From Epithemia pelagica (taxonomy: Eukaryota; Protista; Bacillariophyta): 64,000 bases of DNA. Of the stretch, positions 1 through 8,776 are shown in pieces. The stretch is taken from assembly GCA_946965045.2 (NCBI GenBank), contig OX337241.1:2356001-2420000 (forward strand), written 5' to 3'. How positions within the stretch are numbered: position 1 is the stretch's first letter; the number at the start of each line of letters is the position of its first letter. Under the pieces are notes generated by a model. That model was not told the DNA's origin. It saw only the letters and a program-made list of their open reading frames with translations, and ran no database searches. The translations under genes were made by a program, and so were the position numbers.

Positions 1-744
1 GACGCCAAATTTTGTGCGCAACTACGTGAATGTGAAAAATAACACGCATGGAATCTTTCAAGATCATGGCCGCTACTTATTGGAATGGATCGAATATCAC
101 TTGGAAATTGGTGTCCAACATTTCATTGTCTACGACAATGAAGAGGAACATGTTGTGGGGCGCTTACGAACGCTACTCTTGCCGTATATTCGTCGGGGGA
201 TTGTGACCTATGTATGGTTTCCCCACCCCTTTTGTTTGCAACCTGGTGGGTGGCCCGTGACACGAGGACAATTTGCGGCCGACTTGAGTGCTCTGCATCG
301 ATACGGTGCGTATACGCGCTACTATGGAGACTGGGATGTGGACGAGTTTCTCTATCTCGGAGGAGACGAAGGAGGTTCTGTACCCCCTCCCTCCTCATTG
401 ACTGCAACCAAGACGGTCCCTGTGAAGCAGCGTACCAAGAAAACAAATTTGGTTGCATTTTTAGATTCGGTATTTGAAGAATCGGATCGGGAAGCAAAAG
501 AATGGGATGCTGTGCACTTTCGTCCGCATGTGTTCACCGTTTGCGATGGAACCAATACAACGTACGACCCAACGAGGCTGCTCATGGAGGCGCGACGATG
601 CTTTACAGGACAACACCATTCCGACAACAAACTGATTTTGAAACCGGATCGGATTTTGCACTACGTGGTGCACTATCCCCGCCTCACGGTGAATTGGACA
701 CAGCCTCGCGTGTACTTGGTCAATACGACAACGCACGATTTCTG
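1..744 (+). pseudogene. Glycosyltransferase family 92 (DUF23)-like gene, 5' part; it runs off the window start and its 3' end is displaced by an inversion
   Basis: Motifs LLEWIEYHLEIGVQHFIVYDN and WDVDEFL are typical of GT92. After ~744 the plus strand switches to kelch sequence. Confidence 0.7.
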
Positions 745-1041
745 TGTACCATGGTTGCCGTGGGATCTTGTCTGGTGGTGGCGGGAGGACGACGCAATTT
801 CACCGTGCAAGTATTGGATACGCATCATCACAACCGCATTTGGAATCTCCCACCATTATTGGGAAATCGCCTGGAACTCTGCCGCATGGTGACTGTGACC
901 AATCAAATTGCCGTGATTGGTGGATCTATGAATCCTACCTGTGCGACATTCCCACTCATGGACAAGCATACGTGGTGTTTTCGACGACTCCTCTGTGCGC
1001 AACCGGCCAACGGGTGGTATCAGTTTCGACAGAAGGAATGA
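745..1041 (+). pseudogene. Kelch-repeat gene, 3' fragment (inverted)
   Basis: CTMVAVGSCLVVAGG and VTNQIAVIGG kelch blades. It continues in frame from the minus-strand kelch gene broken at ~1558. Confidence 0.75.
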
Positions 1042-1397
1042 GCAGTTTGCCCTGTTTCACCTGGACATTCAAACTGACCAGTACGTACCGTAGTGAGAAA
1101 GGCAAGGATGAAACATGAAATGGGAAACATGTTGCATGTATATCCTACCTAAGACCAAAGGGAATCTATTATATATATATAGCATAATCATTTAGTTCTT
1201 AACCCATTGTCTTGGACTGTGAAAGGGGCGTCGGGATTTGCCATGTGTCACGGCAGCGATGGAGGCGATTCGCGCAAGGATTCCAGTCCTACAAACTCAA
1301 ACTGCTTGTCCAACAACCGTTCCTTCTCTCTCTATATATAATATCTACTAGTGATTTTTACGAGTCTGTGAGTCCGAGGAGTTTATCATCATCATCA

Positions 1398-1557
1398 TCA
1401 TGGGAATGATGATTCATTCCGTGATTCTGGTTGTTGTCCCTTGAGTCGGGCCTTGATTCGGGGAACAAACGGGTCCATGAGGGGCCAAAGTGTCGATGTT
1501 TTCTGATCCTCCTTGGAAGCGTAATGGTCCATGTCTGCCGCATGGCGATAATGGACC
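1398..1557 (-). pseudogene. GT92 gene, 3' fragment (inverted)
   Basis: Joined to 1-744 it reads in frame ...HDF(W/L)VHYRHAADMDHY...DPFVPRIKARLK...FP* with the stop at 1400-1398. Confidence 0.65.
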
Positions 1558-2402
1558 AAAAGACCTTGGGTCGGAAAGCACCAAATCCGATCGAGTCGTC
1601 CAGCCAGACAAGGAGGAACTGACTGTAGTAGTCAAAGCGTTGTCTTTTCGTTCCTCAGTGTCACCACAAGGCTTTGCAAATTCCAAATACTCCACCGAAT
1701 CAAGTTCGTCGTTCTCGTTCGTACGGCCTCCAACGACAAAGATGCGGTGGCCAATCACTGCACTGGCGCAAAATTGTCGAGGAACAGTCATGGACGGTCC
1801 CGCAGTGACACTGTGATTGTTGGTATCTATAATATCCACCGACGACAAATAATAACGATCGTTGTAACCACCCATTACAACAATGTATCGGTTGTGAACC
1901 GCAACAGCACTACATCCTTTTCGTCCCGTTGATAACCGACAATCCAACATGACCCAATGGATCTTCTGTGAACTTGAAATCGCAGATGGTGGCAGCAATC
2001 ATTGGAATCAATCCGTTCGATACAATCTAAATATGATCTTCCATTGTATCCTCCCATGACGTAGACGCCACCATTGCACACAACAGCGGCATGTCCGTGA
2101 CGACTCTGGTTCATGGGTGGCCCCCCTCGCCACTGCTTGTGGGATTCTGCTAAATTCAATACAAGAATGGAATTGACATAACCAGGACCTTGTTTCCAAC
2201 CTCCCAACACGACGACCGATTGTCTCTTGTGGTTGTGGTGGTTGTCGTCCGTATCGAAATGATCCAGTACGACCGAAGCATGACCTGAGCGCCATCCTCC
2301 CTCCAGCGGAGGCCAGTCGTTTCGATTCCATTCTGGTGTTGTCTCGTCGTCGTCGAACAGGACGACAAGGCCCGACTGCCATGCTTGTTCTTGCAGTGTC
2401 AT
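1558..2402 (-). pseudogene. Kelch-repeat gene, 5' part, with a 1-nt frameshift near 1997 and truncated by the inversion
   Basis: Repeated blades HAAVVCNGGVYVMGG, CSAVAVHNRYIVVMGG and CASAVIGHRIFVVGG are split over ORFs 1875-2402 and 1414-1998. Confidence 0.85.
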
Positions 2403-2517
2403 TCTGCTCCCATATATATTCTATGGTTGCCTTCACTCCAAACTCCAAAGAAGAACGACCACCGATTGGATTGTGGTTGCGCGAGTGAAGACGACCCGTC
2501 ATCCGTCGTCGTAAATC

Positions 2518-2728
2518 TACTTTAATAGCCAGGGTGGACGAGGAGGAGCTAGGGTGTGAGGAGTGGCTTAACTCCGAGAAGGGCAATAGCGACGAGGAGT
2601 GGACTGCCCCTGTGAGATCCGCGTAAGCGGATCGAGGGGGCAGTCCACGACGAGAAGCTATTGCCCGACGAGGAGTTAAGCCACGAGGAGCGCCCTGCGA
2701 CGAGGAGTTCCCCGGGGCTATTAAAGTA
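2518..2728. repeat. Nested inverted-repeat rod (fold-back) with interspersed (GA)CGAG(G/A)AG direct repeats
   Basis: Paired stems: 2518-2530/2716-2728, 2545-2550/2706-2711, 2551-2556/2691-2696, 2564-2574/2673-2683, 2581-2590/2657-2666, 2600-2610/2637-2647 and 2616-2622/2627-2633, closed by a GTAA loop. Confidence 0.9.
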
Positions 2729-2887
2729 TGTTAGCTTCCTTTGTCACGAGGAGTCCTGCCCGCGCACCCTAGGTAATTTTTGGTCTTCCTAAGTGATCGT
2801 TTCTCTCAATCGATACTTAGTAATCGTTGGCCTATTTAGCTTTCTACATTCGCGCCGGCACACTTTTAGTTAGGTATCTTGCTTGCG

Positions 2888-2985
2888 TGCTTGCGCACCT
2901 CATCCGATTGCTCGCGTTGCTCAAATTGCATCATACTGTCGTGCTTGCGCAACAAATCCGATGGCTCGCGTAAGTCAAATAGGTA
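2888..2985. repeat. Two imperfect direct copies with ~53-bp period
   Basis: gtgcttgcgcacctcatccgattgctcgcg (2888) versus gtgcttgcgcaacaaatccgatggctcgcg (2941). Confidence 0.75.
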
Positions 2986-3136
2986 ATTAGGACAAGTCGT
3001 GTTGTTTACATAGGCGTGACACAGGAATACATAAGTAATTTCTATTTATTACTTACATCCCCCACCCCCCAACTGACAATCCCACGATTCTCTCGTACAG
3101 ACGACACATTTTGTGCAACAACAACACAACAACATC

Positions 3137-6100
3137 ATGCGAAAAGGAAGACGACCGACCATGGTGACTCCTCCTCCTTCTGGAGGAGCTGCTCATGCTT
3201 CCAAACAGGTTGATTGTGGAGTCATAGACCTTTGCACCCCTCCTGATGTAATAGATCTTTGTAGTTCGTCTTCGTCGTCTAGTTGCTCATCAGACTCTTC
3301 GGGCGAAACTCTCGTCTTTGTCACCAAGGACAATGCAACAGACGAATGGGATGGCAATCTCTTTCGCCGCTCGGAACTCTACCACGACTGTACTGGGTCA
3401 TCCGACGACTTCAGCACCTGTAGTTCCGACCCTTGGATCATGGAAATCCTACAGAGACGGTAAGTTTTCGCCGCGTTTCCCACCATTGTCGTGTGTTTTC
3501 GTTCCAGACGTCTTCCCAAAATTTCAATCCACCTGCCATGCGCGCGCGCATGGTCGAGTCGCTGTTTTGTTTCCTACTGATTCCTACGTGCAGCCTACGT
3601 ATCCGCACATTGTCGCAAGTGTCACCGTCTTCACTTTCCTCACTCTCATTTTTCATTGTGCATCGTTTTTTCATTGTCGTTTCGCAGCCCGACCATGGCG
3701 ACTCGACAATCTCGCCGCCAAATAGAGCGGGCGGCTGCCAACAGAAACAACGACATTCCCACCAACAACAATGTCAATCCATACCGCAATCCAGTCCGTC
3801 CACCCGATAGCCGCCAGAGTCGTCCACCCTTGTCGAATGTGAACCTTCCTTCCCAAAATCGTCGTCGTCTTCCTCTTCGTCAACAAGGACAAGAAGCACC
3901 CGAGCAATCAAAGTAAGTAACCTATGTCTGAGAATGTGTTGTTTACTATTGTTATCTGTCTCGTTTCTAACCTCATTGTGTCTTTAGCAATGTGGCTGTG
4001 CCCACACTCTCGTCTCGTCGTCAACAAAACATGGCGGAAGTTCTTCCAAACGCGACGGATGCTCTCCTCAACGCTCCAACGATAGTTGAGTCTAACTTGG
4101 TGGATACCAAGCTAGTATCCCAAGCTCTAGTGAAGAAGAAGCATCTGGCTTGGGATGCTGAGTCGAACAGCATGAAGATTGGCGAGGTGTCGTTCAACCC
4201 GCCCACCATGGATTCCACGCGAGCACGATCTTTGTCGGCCTGGGCGCAGTACTGCCGGCTGTCGCCGACCATCTACGGCAATAACACCTTCACCATCCGT
4301 GACCTCACCGGATGCAAGGCGTCATACGACAAGGAGAAGGCGGCGTCTGTGAACAAGTTTCTCGGGTGCATTCAGAGGCATCACGAGATGCACTTCCTGC
4401 TGGAGATTGTTCAAGATGTTGATGAACTGAGTGGAGCTGACATTCCCACTCCTCTTCTCTTCCTTGCTTTGCGTGGTGCAAAGACACCCCCCAAGTTGAC
4501 ATTGTTGAATAGTGCAATCATGGTCTTCTTGGTGAACCACCGAATGCGTGGGTTCAACCCCGAGACCGACGACGTAGAAGATCCGAAGTGGTTCTTCCAA
4601 CCCAACACCACCATGAAGATGCTAAATCACATCTTTGCCTTGATCAAGACTCACGGCATCGTCATCGCCCAGAGTGATCTTCGCAATGGTTTCGGCTCGT
4701 ACCATGGCTACCTGTCCGACATCTGGAACCGAGCTGCTCTCGTCCGTCCCGAATTCGGCCGCCTCCCCCAACGTGCACCCACGGCATTCGACGATGAAGA
4801 AAAAATGCGGACGTGTGAGCCAGAGCTTCGACCGTTCGAAGAAGGTCAGTACTCTCTTGCCTTAAGCATGGGAGTGTACAAATCGTCACGAGATTTTGGC
4901 CTTCGAGGCCCTGAGGTAAGTTGTTGTTGTTGTTGTTGTTGTCGATTGTTATTCTTGTTGTTGCTGTTGTCTAACAGTTTGGTTGTTGCATGCTGTTGTC
5001 TCCAGATAAGATTACTTAAAGTATCCGACCTGATTTTCAAAGATTCTCTAGACAAATCGTTTGGGTTGTTGGCTGGTCTTCCTGCGATTATTTTGCGTGA
5101 GTCTGTGTTGGAAAAATCTTCGACTCTCGCGACGAACAATCTGGCTTTCGACAGAACTGTCAACGACACGCAAGACTCGACGCACATGGTGATCGAGAAT
5201 CCTGACGACAAATTCTCGACGTACAAGATTTTGATGCACCTCATGAAGGTGGGCCACCCGCCGGGGTGGCAAGGTCTGTTTTTTCTAGAGAAGATACCCG
5301 CGAAACATTTGAAGGCCCGCAAGGATGGTGCGAAGCACCTCGGTTGGACAGAGTTGGTTCCTGAGACCTCAGAGACCGACGCCGATGGGTCGGGCTTCAA
5401 GTGTGCGGGTAGATTGGGTGTAAATTGGCCGAATAGGAACGCCCGTCAACTTGCCATCCGATGCAAGTTCGACAACGCCGAAAAAGTGACGTTTCGGACT
5501 GGTCGACGCACGGGCATCTCGAATGTTGCCAACTGTGGAGTGCCACAGAAAGCGTCGAATTCCTTTGCCCGTCACAAGTCGACGGAAGTCAACGTACTGT
5601 ACCAGGACGTCACGGCTGAAAATCAAGTTCGGACCGTCACGGCCAACTGGTACCGTCCTCCCGAAAAGAGCGACGAGGCCGACAAAGAAAACACGAAGAA
5701 TGGTACGTACACTCATTGCATGAATCCCTCTTTCTACTTTGTTACTAACTACTCTGCTATTATGTTTAGATGAGAAGGGATCCAAGAAGAAAGAGTCAAA
5801 AACCGCTTCATCCCCCTCGTCCTCGTCGTCATCCTCCACCGACATTGATGCCTTTATGAAAAAGGCCAAGAAGAAGATTCGCCGTCGCAAGGCGTTGCAG
5901 CAGCTCAAGGCTGCCAAGAGACAGGACGACGATTCGTCCATCGAAGACGAGGATTCATTGGCGCGAATCCTCCGTCTCTTGGACGACAATCCATCCAAGT
6001 CGTCCAAGTCGCAAACCCATGGTAAGTTGATTGTTGCTTTGTTGTTTTCTTGGTTGCATCGATCTCATTCCGTCTTCTCTTCTTGTCACAGACACGAAAT

Positions 6101-7287
6101 CCAAGAAAAAACGCAAGAAGAAGAAGAAGAAGAAGAAGACGACGAATAAGAAGTCCATCGATTACTCGTCTTCGTCGTCGTCGTCGTCATCGGATGTGGT
6201 TCTTGAAGTTCATTCTCACAGTCGTAAGAAAAAGAAAACTTCACCGCCTTCCACCATCGTTGGTACGTAGATTGTTGGCTTCTGGTTGATTGCTATATTG
6301 TGGTTTCTCACTGTTTTCGTCATTTCTCCATCACACTTGTTGGTTTCAGTTGCCTCTACGAAGCCATCACCACCACCTAGCGACCATGCTGTGGTGACAC
6401 AACCACCACCACCTGGAGTTGGGCCTCCACCACCAGCAACAACAACAGCAACAACGACAGTGGCCGTAGCGCAGCCACCGCCACCACCACCACGTCCATC
6501 AACTGTGGAGCAACATGCGCCGCCTCCAAGCATTGCGACTGTGCCACCACCACCTCCACCAGCCATGACAACGACAATTCCACCGTCGCTGTCGTCAATA
6601 GTGGAACAACAGGTGGTAGATCCAACCACCATTACGGCCGTGCAACCACCACCCACAACAACCATTGCAGTCTTTCAACCTCCAGCACCACCTGCATCAA
6701 CATTGGAACAACATGCCCCACCTCCATGCACGGGGGGGACCACGAAACCACCACCAACAACGACATCGTCAACGGCCCTGGTTCCGATGGAAAACAACAA
6801 CAACCACTACGAGTCCTCCAACCATCATCAAACCCTCGGAGTCGTGCAGCCACCAGCACCACCTCCATCAACATCGGAGCAACATGCTCCTCCCCCAAGC
6901 ACGACGTCCATGCAACCACCACCACCTTCGACATCGTCCACGCCCCATCACGGAGGGTATCACCACACCAGTAGTCGAGACCGCGGGGTTGATTGTCGTG
7001 TGGAGGAGCACCATCGTGTTGCTTATCATCGCAACAACTGGTACTCCCCACCTCCACCATCTGAGTCGCCACCATATCATCATCATCCTCATCACCACCA
7101 ATCTTCCCGCGGATACCATCACCGCCCATACACACCATCACCACCACCACCGCCGTACTACCGTGACATCTACCGTGGTGGTGGATATACTCCACCACCT
7201 CCTCCACATCATCATCACCATCACCATCACCGTGGTTCGCGTCACCATGGCGGCAGCCATGGATATGGCCGTGGCTACCACTACTGA
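3137..7287 (+). CDS. Tyrosine recombinase (Crypton-like), 7 exons, ~1177 aa
   Basis: Exons 3137-3459, 3688-3912, 3988-4915, 5006-5702, 5770-6021, 6092-6262 and 6350-7287 total 3534 nt, all with GT-AG introns and frame preserved. Motifs: FGLRGPE|IRLLKVSDL (catalytic R), FRTGRRTG (HxxR box), ARHKS (H/W) and VLYQD (catalytic Y). Confidence 0.8.
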
Positions 7288-8510
7288 GTCTTCGGTACGT
7301 TTGCTTTTGTTGTTGCATTCTTGTTTGATTGTTGTCTCTTTCTCTTACCATTCTATCACTCTTTTTGACAGATTGATATCGCTTTTGCTCTTTTGCATGT
7401 CCCTTGCAAGGTGGTCTCTAGCTTGATGTCTCGATAGGTACGTCAGATTTCCTGGTCCGCGTTCCACTCCACTTTACACACCAATTTCTCACGCGTTCTC
7501 GATTTTTTGCTATTTTGTCTTGGCATGAAATTTCGTGGTGCATTTCGCTTTGCTACTGAATTTTCCGTGTCTTGTGTACGCTTTGTGTCGTGTGTTTGAT
7601 TGTTACGCCCTGCATCGTGATTCTTTGTTTCCGTGTCTGTGTTTCCGTTTTTGCTTTTGCTATTTGATTCGTGTTGTTCTCGCCTTTTCCGTTGGTGCAC
7701 CTCTTGTTCGCTTTGTCCTGTTCCTGTTCTCTTTCTCTCTCCTGGGTGTACTACTTTTCGCTGTGTGTACTACTTTCCTTGGTGTGCTACTTTTTCGTTT
7801 GGGCTATTCTAATTTTTATACTCTAAAATAAAAATCCAAGTACAGTAATTTTTCGGGCTTATGTAGAGTGGGGAGTAGGTGGGGGAGGGGTAGGACGACG
7901 AGTGACAAAGGTAGCTGCTGACCAGTGGATCGCACATAAACTACATGACAATCTCCTAGTAGGGGATTGCACAGTCATACGAATAGGGGTACAGGTACAG
8001 GGGATTCCTACAAGTACTACATTGTAGTAGTGTGTGGCTTGTTCGACGCCCGGCGCGTAAGCACGTGTGTGGATCGTCGCACACGTGGGGGACTTCTCTG
8101 GGGGGTACTGAAAGCATGTGATTCTCTTAAGTAAGAGAGAGTGACGCAAGCTGGATGCACGTGACAAGGACGTGCGCAGCACGTGCTTTATTTGACAATG
8201 GCGTGCGTGCTGCCATCGTTTGTTAGGAGGGGGCAGTAGTGCCGTTGAGAGAGTTGAGACACTCGGTGCTTGCAGTTTGCAGTCTGGTCGTTCGTGTCCA
8301 CGACAACTCGTGATTCGCCGAGAGCAGCTTGCGCCTTCGTCTTTGGGCGCAACACATGTGTGTGTCGTTGCGCTGTTCTCTTCTTTGTAGTGTTGTTTTC
8401 TGTTTTGTTGTTTGTTGTTGTTGTGCTGGAGAATCTATCCATATCATCTCTCTGTCGTATCATTCTTCTCTCTAGCTTGCAGCAACCAAGGCAACACACA
8501 CCTCTTCTGC

Positions 8511-8512
8511 TA

Positions 8513-8546
<34 letters not shown>
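8511..8546 (+). promoter_or_regulatory. TATA-like motif plus (AG)15 microsatellite upstream of the ODC-like gene
   Basis: tataaaa at 8511 followed by an AG repeat to 8546, about 70 bp before ATG 8614. Confidence 0.45.
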
Positions 8547-8547
<1 letters not shown>

Positions 8548-8613
8548 ACGTCTTGTTGTTGACAAACGAATCGGACCGACCATCTTGAAGTATTATTGCG
8601 ACCAAGAGCAACC

Positions 8614-8740
8614 ATGGCAACGGCCGCCACGACGAGTCCCACCATGACCACTCCAGTAGTAGTGCCTCCTCCTCCTCCCATGAAAAAGAATCGATTGCAA
8701 GCACGAGAACAAGTGGCCATGGCATGGCACCAACGACGTC

Positions 8741-8776
<36 letters not shown>

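Larger units (their letters stand above)
2518..8190 (+). mobile_element. Putative Crypton-like tyrosine-recombinase DNA element (boundaries approximate)
   Basis: Intron-containing YR gene with no RT nearby, structured non-coding ends, and mutual complementarity between 2733-2761 and 7888-7916. Confidence 0.55.

Noticed and set aside
2518-8190. DIRS/Ngaro retrotransposon or hammerhead ribozyme interpretation of the YR locus
   Set aside because: No RT or RNase H ORF and no split direct repeats. No CUGANGA...GAAA core was found by eye in either structured end.
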